Source of the DNA: Narcine bancroftii
Lineage: Eukaryota
Direction: 5' to 3'
Length of the DNA: 64,000 nucleotides
NCBI RefSeq assembly: GCF_036971445.1
Contig: NC_091473.1
Span: 210,986,001 to 211,050,000, forward strand
The notes beneath the pieces were generated by a model. The model did no database searches. It saw nothing but the letters and a program-made list of their open reading frames with translations, and was not told where the DNA came from. This document shows, piece after piece, positions 26,050 through 37,143 of the stretch. The stretch's first letter is position 1; the number at the start of each line of letters is the position of its first letter. The translations under genes and the position numbers were made by a program.

Positions 26050-27380
26050 GACAAACTCTGACCATATTCTTCAACTTGAACATAATTTGTAAAAAAACAT
26101 ATTCTGCTGACCTGGCACAAATATTTTCAAAGTGGCAGGATAATGCAACCCAAATCTGTAACCTTTGTCATATAAAACTGTCTTAACTGGATTAAATTCT
26201 CTCCTTTTGGACTCGCATCTAGATTAAAAAAAGATCTTATCCCCTTCATAGTTCAAAGGTCCATATTCTTTAACTCCCCTCATTGCCAAACATAGAAGCT
26301 TCTCTCTATCCTTGTAGTTTAAAAATCTAACCAAGATAGATTGTGGTCTCTGGCTTTGGTCTCAGAGCTCTATGAGCTCTCTCAATCAAAATCTTGTCTT
26401 CCAAATGTTCCTTTCCAAATAACTTTAGTATCCATTCTTGACAAAAATGAATCACATCTTCTCCTTCTTTACCTTTGGCCAATCCCACTATTTTAATATT
26501 ATTATAGTTTTCCAGAATATCAACTTTCTCCAACAGTTTTTCATTCATCATGATCAAACTAGTCATTGTATCTTCACACATATTAGATCTGCATTTCCTC
26601 TCGAAAATCTTGAACCTTCTTTCCAACTTATCCACTCTTTGTGAAACATTATTCATCACCATTAATGCATTATCCACTTTAACTGTGTGATAGTACAGAT
26701 TCTATCACCAATCTGTATATGTACATATGTACAGATGGTAGTGTAGGATGACAGTGATTGGCTGAGAGTGGAGCCACACCTACTGGCAGGTCTTAAAGGA
26801 TTGCTCCTAGCCAGACCAGGTCATTCTTGTGATATGTTCCAGTCTTTTAGTTAATAAAAGCCTTGGTTTAGATCAACAAGTCTTTGGTTCTTTCGACGCA
26901 CACTGCACACCTGTCAAATCTGTTTCAACTTGCTTCAATTCTTCAGACGACAACTTAAAATTATTTTCCAAAGGCAAATTACATTTTATTTGATGTTGAT
27001 CTATTTTTGACTCAATCTTATTCATTTCCTTCTTAAAAGTCTTTTTCTTTCCTCTAACCTGTTCTTCTTCTGAATATTTTCACTCTCGTATTCTTCTGAA
27101 GCCTCTTCCACAGGAGTTGTATCCACTTCATGTTCAGGTATTAAAACACCGAACTGCCCCTTTAAGAGACCTTGAATTTTTTTCAAACATTTTTTCTTTG
27201 TGAAGAAGGCTCTGGAGGAAGGTCCTTGTTGGTAGATCCAGAAAGAGCTTCAACGGCCTGATTCATTGCTAAGGTAGGCCCAGCTTCTTTTCTCTTCTTC
27301 TTCTCAGACTTTTGAGTCAGAGTTAATTTAGGTGTCTTTTCCTTTTGAGGTGACATCTTCTTTCTTCTGTTGAACACTTT
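26050..27380 (-). mobile_element. degraded L1 ORF1 region
   Basis: LLEKVDILENY..NIKIVGLAKGKEG...IERAHRALRPKP, typical L1 ORF1p coiled-coil/RRM motifs. Confidence 0.75.
26686..26907 (+). mobile_element. short solo LTR (about 220 bp) inserted in L1 ORF1
   Basis: TG...CA ends, ATTGG box, AATAAA at about 26853; interrupts the ORF1 coiled coil; TSD imperfect. Confidence 0.55.
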
Positions 27381-27571
27381 ATATTAACTTCAAAATAATT
27401 TTTGTCGGAAAAACTTTTCTTAACACATCAGAGAAGTATTCAATGTGGAGAAGATATTGAAAATTTCATTCATTCTATATGGTCTTGTTGGTCTTGTTGG
27501 ATTTTGATGAGAAAGTTTTTGCAACAGGTGTTGTTTTTCCATTGAATCCTCAATTATTGTAGAAGGGAAAT

Positions 27572-28273
27572 TGTCCTGGGTAAACTTATACCTCTCATTT
27601 TGTTCATTTTATATTGGTCACAGTGTTTGAGCTGCCTAAAGAAAACGGAGACACACGCCGAGAGCACTTCAGTTTATACAAATCTTTATTACTAGATCTA
27701 AAGCTGATTTCAAACTACAATATGCAAGCCCTTCCCAATTATACTGGTCCCAACTGCCGAAGCAAGGCAATGACCGGTGTGCCGGTAGCAGCTTCTCCAC
27801 CTCCCCCGACTGGGATGTTGGTTGGACTCTAGAAGTTCTTCTTCTTGCTGAGAGATGTTTCCACCCCTCAGAGAGTCTGTAACTTCAGCAGTGGGACCAC
27901 GGCTTATATTACCCAAAAATTGCTTACTCAAGCATCTATTCCCTGCAGAAAAAAAAGATAACCGAGCACGCCTCGGCTTCTATCAAATACCGCAACTTCC
28001 TAGCTTATCACTTTGAATACAATGATTTACTTCGTTTCAAGGTCTCGCCTGACAGTCTGCGACCAACAATCCCATCAATCTCAAATAGCAACCGGCTAAC
28101 AAGTAGGAAGATGAAATGTTCTTGGTACCAGATATCTTTTTGTCAGATAACTGCATCTCTGGGCCCCATGGTGGAATTTAGCTTATGTCTGCTGATTTTT
28201 ACATTATTCTCAAAGTTGGTTACTGATACCCAGCCTTACATAAGCAAAAGCATGGTCTAAATCCTCCATTACA
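27572..28273 (-). repeat. ERV-B 3' LTR
   Basis: near-identical to 48811-49542 apart from substitutions and two short indels; adjacent PPT at 28274-28287. Confidence 0.92.
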
Positions 28274-28285
28274 TTCCACCCCTGG

Positions 28286-29837
28286 TCACAGTCTGTCACT
28301 TACGAGACCTAACAAGCATTTGAATACAGAAGAGCGAAAAATAGAAACCAAAACTACAATAATCACAAAAATAAGCAATAATGCGAGCAACCAACGGAGA
28401 TTAGTGTGGCCCAATCCCCCAAATGTACCAGTTAACCATGAAAAAGGATTCCAACCAAGGCTCAAACTATCCTTGTGGGCCACAATACTCAGCTCATGAA
28501 CAGATTTTGAAACATGCTGAACATGCTGAACAATATCAGAAATATTAGTGGATACATCGGGAACATACGAGCAACATTCAGAACCGACAACGGAACACGT
28601 GCCACCCTGTTTTGCTAAAAGAAAATCCAGGGCCATACGATTCTGTAAAGCCACTGTCCTGACGGCAGAGAGTTCGTGATTAAGGTCATTAAGGCCCTGA
28701 CTGACAGACAAAAGGGCGAAGGATGTCTCATTGGTAATAGAGCTCGTTAGATTATATAATTTGTGAACCTCTTGGGAAATGTGAATAACGCCATAACCTG
28801 GGATCAAGGCACCAAAGAAATTCTCAGCACCTGAGAGGGCACGTCTATGCCGAAGGACAGGGGACATACGCATAAGCGAGGGATGATCCTGTAAACGGGA
28901 AATATGATGGAGGTAGGGGATAGCGTATGCCAAATAGCAGCAACCACCCCAGGTAAGGGGTAGCCATGCAAAGGCGCGAGAGCCACAAACCCAATAGGTC
29001 CTGTTCATAGGGTGCTTGGAAATAAAAGGGGATAATGCCAGACAATCACTGTATCCCAGTGCATCGGCAGGCCTGTCAGAGAACTTACAAAAGCAGACAG
29101 AGCCCTTCATATGTTGAGAAACAATAAAATAGGGGAGTATTATATTACAAGGGGGTGGGGGAAGGAATATGCCATCCTCGAAAAATACCCAAAATGTCAC
29201 TTAGACTAAAGAACAGGGCCTCCTCAGGAACAGACTTATTAACATCAATGTGAACCCTGCCTTTGGAGGGATCAAAATATTTCCAGGCAGCAACGTCCTT
29301 TCGGGTGAAAGGAATAGGGATCATAGGTATGTCTGTAACGGTATGCAAAGGGCCTACAGTACAAATCCAACAATCAGAAACATTCAGTCAGTGAGCGTAC
29401 GCATAGGAAACATGGAGAAAGGAATTGTCGGGCAAATCTGAAGGAATATTTGATGGTGAAGCAGGCTACCAACCCCCCACAGAACCGGAATCCTCCCACC
29501 ATTTAGCGACAGGTGGTGCAGAGTTATCACAAGATATAAAGCAAGTACAAAAATGATCGTCACAGAAGTAGAGGGCGACTCCTTCAGTTGGTTCATCCAC
29601 ATACAGAATATAGGAACCGCGATCGGCAATAACATATTTATACAAGCTGCACTTGAGGTGGGTGACCGAGGACTTCTTTGGTGTAATGCATTGGGCCGTG
29701 TCCCCCACGGACAACTCCCTCGGAATGTCCTCGACATTACAAATCCAATTGCTGGCACCAAAGCAGCTGTTAAGCCAGATCAGCAGGAGCGCAAGACGGT
29801 GGACCTGGAACAAAGAAACCTGACATATGTCACTCAC
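28286..29837 (-). pseudogene. env: ERV-B env (gamma-type SU/TM), two in-frame stops and one frameshift
   Basis: signal peptide, LNVSDCWIC at about 29361-29387, furin site RHRR, fusion peptide, ISD LQNRMALDFLLAKQGGTC, CX6CC (CSVVGSECC), TM helix. Confidence 0.93.
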
Positions 29838-29849
29838 GAGGCCTTAAGC

Positions 29850-32190
29850 ATTCAGTATTTAAACAAACTAAACCATCCTGTCCTTCAATAGCTACCCATC
29901 GAGTGTTACCATGGGCAGGTGTCACTATTTCCCCTTTTACAGGAGGGCCACTACCAGGTGGTGCCACCCATACCTTTTGTCCGACATTCTCTGGCTCGGG
30001 AATGGGGGGGCAATGACTGTTTTTCCTCTGGAATAGGCTGTAGTTCAGAAGCGTGAAGAAGTCGGTGGAAAGGTGTACCTCCCTTTAAAGGGCGATGATT
30101 CAAATTGTCGAGTACTTGCTGCAGCACATGGCACCACCCCTTCAGGGTCCTCAGTTGTGTTAATAAACAAATTTGTTCCTTCAGTAAGCCATTCATTCGT
30201 TCAACTAACCTGGCAGCCTGTGGGTAATAACGAATATGGTGGACCCATAAGATACTGTTGTCAGTTGCCCAATCACAGATTGCCTTCCCGGAGAAGTGCG
30301 AGCCATTATCAGACTGAATCTCCTCTGGTACATCATAACGAGAAATTAAATGGTTTAGTCCTTGAATAGTGCTAGCTTGGTCACCCGTCTTGGTGGGAAA
30401 AACAAAAACCAGGCCCGAAAAGGTGTCAACCATTTCTAGGACGTAACGTTTACCCATACAGTCTGGCATGGGGCCTATGTAATCAGTTTGCCAGACTGCA
30501 GCCGAGGGAGCTCCCCATCTTATACGGCCACGCGGACCAGGAGGAACGGTGCAGGACTTCACAAGCTGGCATGGTGTGCACGTATGCACGACCATGAGGA
30601 CATCGTCCTAATGGATGGGCAAGGCATGTTTACAGGCCCACATAGCTGATCCCTTCTCCCCCAAATGGCCACTCTGTTCATGTGCTCATTGAACCAGGGG
30701 GACGGTATCGGCATGGCTTACAATGGCAAGCTGATCTGTTGTGCCATGTTCGTCGTCACATTGGTATGGGCGTCAACATGATATATGGTTATCTCATGAT
30801 GGTGGGAAGCATCCCACAACAGCTGCCACAACTTTTTGCCCCATACTGGGTGGTCATGTATCAGCCAGTCGTTCTTTTTGCCAATCAGAGGCTCCAGGAG
30901 GCCACAAAATCAGTAACGGAGACCTGTAGTTCATAGCGGGTATTTGCGATGTGGGAAGAAATGGGCAGGGCCTGAAAAATAGCCTGCTTGGTGGACTGGA
31001 ATGCCCTTTCGTGATCGTTACCCCATAAAAAGTCTGTTTTCTTTCAGGTAACTTTATATAGAGGACGTAAAAGCAACCCCAAATGTGGAATATGGCATCG
31101 CCAGTACCCCAATAACCCTAGGAAATGCTGAGTCTCTTTTTTACTAGTAGGAGTGGCCAAGACTGCGATCTTATTCTGAACTTTATCAGGAACCACCTGT
31201 TCTCCAGCATGCCACTGAATTCCAAGGAAAATAACCGTCTGGGACGGGCCCTGCACCTTGGCGGGGTTAATGGCCCACCGTCTTTACATCAGGGTATTTT
31301 GGACACTCTCCATACCTTCCTGTACCATCTCTTCTATGGCCCCTTGGATCATCACATCATCAATATAATGGTGAATTGAGAGAGAAGGTGATACTGGCAC
31401 CGTCTCCAAATCACAGGCAATTAGGCTGTGGCAAATAGTGGGAGAGTGTACATAGCCCTGAGGGAGGTAGGTGAAGGCATACTGGCACCCCTTCCAGGTA
31501 AAGGTGAACTGATCCTGTTAGACCTTGTCTATAAGAATACTGAAGAAGGCGTTAGTGAGATCAATGACAGCATACCATGTTCTCGAGTTCCCAGTAGCAA
31601 TGTTTTCATTAAGGGTAACAATGTCCGGAACTGCCAAAGCAAGTGGTGGGGCATGTTTGTTCAAAAAACAATAATCAACTGTCATTCTCCAGGAGAATGA
31701 CCAGCCAAACAGGGCTATTAAAGGGCAACGTTGCGGGCCTCACTACCCCTTCTTCTTTCAAAGCATTGATGGTGGCAGTAATCTCTTCCTGCCCTCCAGA
31801 GAGGCGATATTGTGGAATGCACACTGATTTCATGGGGGGTGGCACCATCACAGGATCCCACTATACCCGACCCACCACTAGTCTCTTTGTAATAGTCCGA
31901 ATTCCAAATACAAATCCCCCTTGACTAGTATTAAGGGCCGTACCGGCCAACATATTACAACCCAGGATACACTCATCAGTGGCAATCACCAGGGCATGTA
32001 ACCATATAGGGGAAGGGCCATCACCCACCGTGGCGCGGACTTTTATTTCCTTCGCTAGGGTGATCGCTGTTCCCATCCACTCTATTCGAAATGTCGGTCC
32101 AGTCCATAGGTGGGGGTTACTAGGAATAACCGAGTGCTCCTCACTTGTATCGTCCAAGGCCAAATATTGATGGTCATTACCCCCACCCAT
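29850..32190 (-). pseudogene. pol: ERV-B pro-pol (protease, RT, RNase H partly deleted, integrase)
   Basis: degenerate protease LDDTSEEHSVIP; RT HYIDDVM at about 31350-31375, VIFLGIQW, FLGLLGYW; IN WQTDYIGP, IQSDNGSHF, VERMNGLLK. Confidence 0.88.
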
Positions 32191-32290
32191 TGGATTGTTA
32201 ACGGTATGTATGGCCGCGAGTCCCTGTGTATCCGCCGTATCTCAATGGAGTAGAGACGGGAATCCCGACCGCACCCTCATTCCTTAGTAG

Positions 32291-33018
32291 GGTTAGAAAT
32301 AGAAATACCTTAACAGAAATTACTCGAGACAAAAATAGAGAACAAAGAACATTTATTATAACAACAATGCAAAGTTGGGTGCTTCCCCTTACCCTGGGAA
32401 TACACACATACACTGGGGCTCACCCAACCTTTATACAGTGAATTTCAGTATCAGAATACCCTCCCCCTTACATTCTTCTGCCTCCTGGATGGGTTTGGCA
32501 TAGGCAATCCATCCTGCCTACGTGCAGTTTCAGTGGACTTGGAGGACCAGGGGGTATCCTGTCATTATCCCCATTGTCCTTATTCACAACCTTGCCCTTG
32601 TCCCCATTCACACCTTTCCAACTCTCAGAGCTACAGTCTCTTCATATGCAGAGTTCGCTAATCCTGTCTAGGGTTTACTAATTAAATATGCATAACTGAT
32701 AAATCTGTGTAAGGCTTACTAATTATATATGTAGAACTTGGTGCTTCTGTCTAGGGCTAGGAGACCCTTATCTCATCCAGACTATCTCAACTTCCTACAT
32801 TCTATTATTCCTTGCCTCTCCTTATCTTATACATACGGTGGGCTCACTGATCCTGTCGAAAGGACTAGAAGGTTCTTATCTTACGTAGGCTGACTCTGCT
32901 TCCTGCATCCTAATTTTCATGCTTAGCCTGTTCATACTGGTTTAATCCATCACTCCATGTGTCTGTACTAGTTTCCCCATCTTTCATATTTTTATGTCAA
33001 GTTTACGCATTTCTCACA
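32291..33018 (-). mobile_element. ERV-A solo LTR (728 bp) in ERV-B gag
   Basis: reverse complement of the ERV-A LTR (terminal base mutated), TSD GTAG (32287-32290 / 33019-33022). Confidence 0.9.
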
Positions 33019-34441
33019 GTAGAGTTCGAGGGCTTCCAGGACCACATGCTACAATTATTCATAAGAGCCTTTTTAACCAATTGTTGTATCTCATCACAGG
33101 TAACTGGAGCAAGAGAAGCTGGCTCGATAGGAGCAGCAGTGGGAGCAGAAGGCACAGCTGGGCCAGGAGGACTCAACAGCTGGGGAAGATGTTCCCCTGC
33201 CTTCCTCTTATTAAGGGCATAAAGGACCGCAGTAAGTTTCCCATCAATATCACTTTGAGGTACGCCTAACTTTAACAAGGTTAGAAAAAGGTCCTTTCTT
33301 GTCGGTCCGTTATTACCAGCAGCCCCTCTCTTTTCATCCTGCTTGTCTGATTTAACCTGGGTTGCACGTGAGTGGATTTTACCTCCCAACTATAATTCTC
33401 AAAACCCAGATAAGGCGTGCACCGCCTCAGACAGAAGGTGCCCAATTAGCGGACTAGTTACGGACAGAATCAGGCCCCGTACAGTGGGTTGGGCAGAATG
33501 AACCAATCTGGTATGCATTCTGGCTGTGAACATCTCTTTGTCAGGGCTCCCCCCATGCCCTGCATACAAGGCAGAGGCGAGGGCCTGTTGACGAATTACT
33601 GCTATACCCTCCTCTGGGGTTCCTCAGTTGTTCAGCAAATGTAAATCCCAATCTACTGGTGATGGGTATACTTGTAACAGGGCATCCACTAGAGTGGCGA
33701 GTAAGTAATCCACCCCTCTCATTCTACTGCGTAGCTCAGCAGTGACCCGGATATCAGTAGTCAATGTTCCTAATCCCAACAATTCCTCAGGGGTTAAATA
33801 TACATGACCCCCTCCTTGTTCCCAAACACACAGGAGCCAGGCCACCAGAGTTTCTCCTGTCTTTTGCCTAAATTGATCTCCAATGGCAGCCAGCTCTTTT
33901 ATAGAGAAGTCACATATCGTTGATTGCTCCTGACCCCTGTTCCCACTTTGGCCCACAGGGCCCTCTACCCAGTGGACGGGATGTGGCTGAGGCTATCCTG
34001 TAGGAGGGGAGCATTGAGCATAAGCAGGGGTTCGGGTACCTTCCCCTGGGTCCACTTGGGAGGCCGGGGCATCTATCCTTTCATTCTCTACCATGACATC
34101 ACACCCTCTCCATCTCCGTCTGTTTGGGAAGTCCGCTGCCATACAGGGCGGACATGAACAGCGGGTGGAGAGGGGAGTATGTCAGGCAAATGCCGAGGGG
34201 TATCTGCATTATTACCATTGTCATCATACCAGATATTCTCGTCCCAATCATCAATTACATCAGGATCGTCGCCATTCCTTATCATGGCACGAATTCGATG
34301 TGGATTGGGTTCTACACCTTGCCTTTCCTTATCTGCACAGAGCTGCTGCTGGAGTTTAATATTATGGCAGATCGTTTGGACATGCTTATCCTCCCATTCT
34401 TTGGCTCAGTCCTGACTGGTGCAATCAATATCGCTCATCAT
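33019..34441 (-). pseudogene. gag: ERV-B gag, middle part (N-terminal part at 48420-48780)
   Basis: FSIKELAAIGDQFRQKTGETLVAWLLCVWEQGG and RKDLFLTLLKLGVPQSDIDGKLTAVL resemble ERV-L/S-type Gag; the reading frame continues across the ERV-A insertion. Confidence 0.75.
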
Positions 34442-35216
34442 TGTGAGAGATGAGAAAAACTGATATTGCAATATGAACATGAAGAAATGAAGAAAATAAA
34501 ATTGATACATAAATAAATGAATGAAGCCAGTACAAACAACATGAGACATGGATATTAGAAAGCAGGAAGCTGACACGGTCTGAGTAAGATAAGAATCTCC
34601 TAGAGCAGCAAGTTCACTGAATGAAGGAGAAAAGGACAGACAATTGAGAATAGAAGTAGAGTTAGTCTGAACGAGATAAGGGTCTCCAAGCCCCAGACAG
34701 AATTAGCAAGGCTTGCATAAATAATTAGAAAACCTTAGACTGTATTAACAAGTTATACATATATAATTAGTAAGCCATACACAGATTTTTCAAGTATGCA
34801 TAGTTAACTAGTAAACCCTAGACAAGATTAACGAACCCTGCATATGAAGGGACTGTAGCCCTGAGAGTCGGGAAGGTGTGAATGGGGACAAGGGCAAGGT
34901 TGTGAATAAGGACAATGGGAATAATGGCATGAGAAGACACTGGCAGGATACCCCCTGGTTCTCCAAGTATACTGAAACTGCACGTAGGCAGGAAGGATTG
35001 CCTCTGCCAAACCCATCCAGGGGGCAGAAGAATGTAAGGGGGAGGGTATTCTGATACTGAAATTTACTGTATAAAAGTTGGATGAGCCCCAGTGTATGTG
35101 TGTATTCCCAGGGTAAGGGGAAGCACCCAACTTTGCATTGTTGTTGTAATAAATGTTCTTTGTTCTCAATATTTGTCTCGAGAAATTTCTTTAAAGGTAC
35201 TTCTGTTTCTAACAAA

Positions 35217-35234
35217 TGGGGGCTCGTCCGGGAT
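35217..35234 (+). promoter_or_regulatory. primer binding site, tRNA-Pro
   Basis: TGGGGGCTCGTCCGGGAT. Confidence 0.95.
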
Positions 35235-35416
35235 CACACTCCCTCCACTGACAGAGTGCCCGACGATGAGAGTAGGTGCACCCCAGCTGATTCAGCTGGA
35301 CTCACGGACAACGGGTGGCTGGTCAGTGGAAGAAGCGAGTGATATCCGAGAAGAGGCATTGAGAACAAACGACGGAAGAATGTTAAGGAAGCGCGCTAGA
35401 GCATTGCTACTGGAAC

Positions 35417-35425
35417 CCGGTAAGA
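35417..35425 (+). promoter_or_regulatory. putative major splice donor
   Basis: CCG|GTAAGA just upstream of gag ATG, conserved in copies 2 and 4. Confidence 0.6.
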
Positions 35426-35447
35426 GGAATTTTACTTGCCTATCAGT

Positions 35448-37143
35448 ATGGGAAGTATGGGTAGCAAGGAAGAGAGTCCTGGTAAAGGATGTGAGAATCA
35501 GATAACTACGTACAGCCCGCTTGGGTTGATGTTATCTGAGTGGGGCACGGGAAGGACCCGTGGAAAGGACAAACTGACCATGGTCAGGTATTGTTGTAGG
35601 GACTGGGTTAAATACCCGATTAAAGGGAGCTCCGTGTACTGGCCAAAGCTCGGATCCGAGGATGACTGGATGTGTCAAGCTTTGAACATCTGGCTCTATC
35701 AAAACCAGAGAGATAACCTAGAAAGCAGGGAATATGCAGCCTGCTGGCTTAGGGGATCGTGTGATCAATTGGTTTTGAAAGAAAAAGAGTACAAGGAGAA
35801 GAGAGAGGAGGAACCTTTTGTCCCTGAACCACAAGGGTGGGATGTGCTACATTCCCTCCCTCCACCTTATGTTCCTCCTATGCCAGCTCCTATCTTTCCT
35901 CCCCCTCCTATAACCTAGCCTTCTGCACCTCCCCCACCACTAGAGAAGAGAGAAGAGAGCAGGAGTGGTATGATGACTCACTCACAAAGCACTCAATTAC
36001 CACCTCCGTTGACAGGAGAAAGAGGAAACTTAAATTTAGAACAGTGCGAGACTCTTCAAGAAGAAAGGGCAGAACCCCCCAATCCATCTTCCAGGGAGCA
36101 GGAACCCAGACCTAATAAGCCAGAAACCAACTGGATGCAACCCCTGCGGGAAGTTTCCGTAGGAGAGGGTCTCGGTTTCGTAAATGTGCCCCTGACCAGT
36201 ACTGAAGTGCGTAACTTTAAGAAAGAACTGACCTCCCTGATAGAAGATCCCCAGGGATGTGCCAAACAGTTAGACCAATTTTTGGGACCAAATCTATATA
36301 CTTGGGAGGAGTTAACATCTATCTTTAAGACTCTGTTTACTTTGGATGAGCGTGGAATGATCCGCAAGGCAGGGATTAGAGTCTGGGATAGGGATCACCA
36401 AGGGAGACCAGATGCGGTACCTGGAGAAACAAAATTCCCCTTGGCTAGACCTAATTGGGATAAAAATACCAATGATGGTCAGGTATTGATGGAAGAATAC
36501 AGGGTTAATTTGATAAGAGGAATCAAGGAATCTGTCCCAAAGGGACAGAATTTCAAGAAAGCCTTTGAGGTTCCCCAAGGTCCCGAGGAGACCCCCCTCT
36601 GCATTTCTGAATAGATTGCGCACGGCAATACAACAATTTGGGGGTCTCGACATAGAATCACCAGCAGGGGAACAATTGGTACTAACTGGTTTTGTTACCA
36701 ACTCAGCCCCAGACATTAGAAGAAAATTACAAAAAACGGAAAATTGGCATGAGCAAGGAATTACCCAGCTACTACAGATTGCACAGAAAGCATTTGTCCA
36801 GAGGTCTGAAGATAAGCAGAAAGGCAAGGCAAAAATTTTAATCCAAGCAGTCAGAGAGGTAGTAGATGAGCGACATGAAAAAGGTAGGGACTGTGTTCCA
36901 GCTCCTGTATGCGGTGAGGGGAGCCACGGGTGGGGAAGTGGGGACCCCAGTAGATGGAGGAGTAGAGGAGGATTCCGGGGACGACGACCCTTCCCGGGGC
37001 ACCTTAGAAACCCAGGTAGAGATTGGGAAACAGGAGCATTTGTCTGTTTCCATTGTAAAAAGGAAGGACACTTTAAAAAGGATTGCCCACTGCGAGCCAG
37101 GGACACACGATCCTATGTCCTGATGGAAGCAGATTATGAATAG
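35448..37143 (+). pseudogene. gag: ERV-A copy 3 gag (MA, late domain, CA, NC), with stop and frameshifts
   Basis: MGSMGS start, LPPPY, capsid LTSTEVRNFKKEL and QGPEETP, CFHCKKEGHFKKDC knuckle, TAG 37141-37143. Confidence 0.92.

Noticed and set aside
34808-35215. Recurrent antisense LTR ORFs (MLETEVPLKK..., also at 8997, 11781, 40443, 45461, 48013)
   Set aside because: They start at TTG/GTG at the LTR edge, recur only because the LTR is repeated, and change frame and length between subfamilies.
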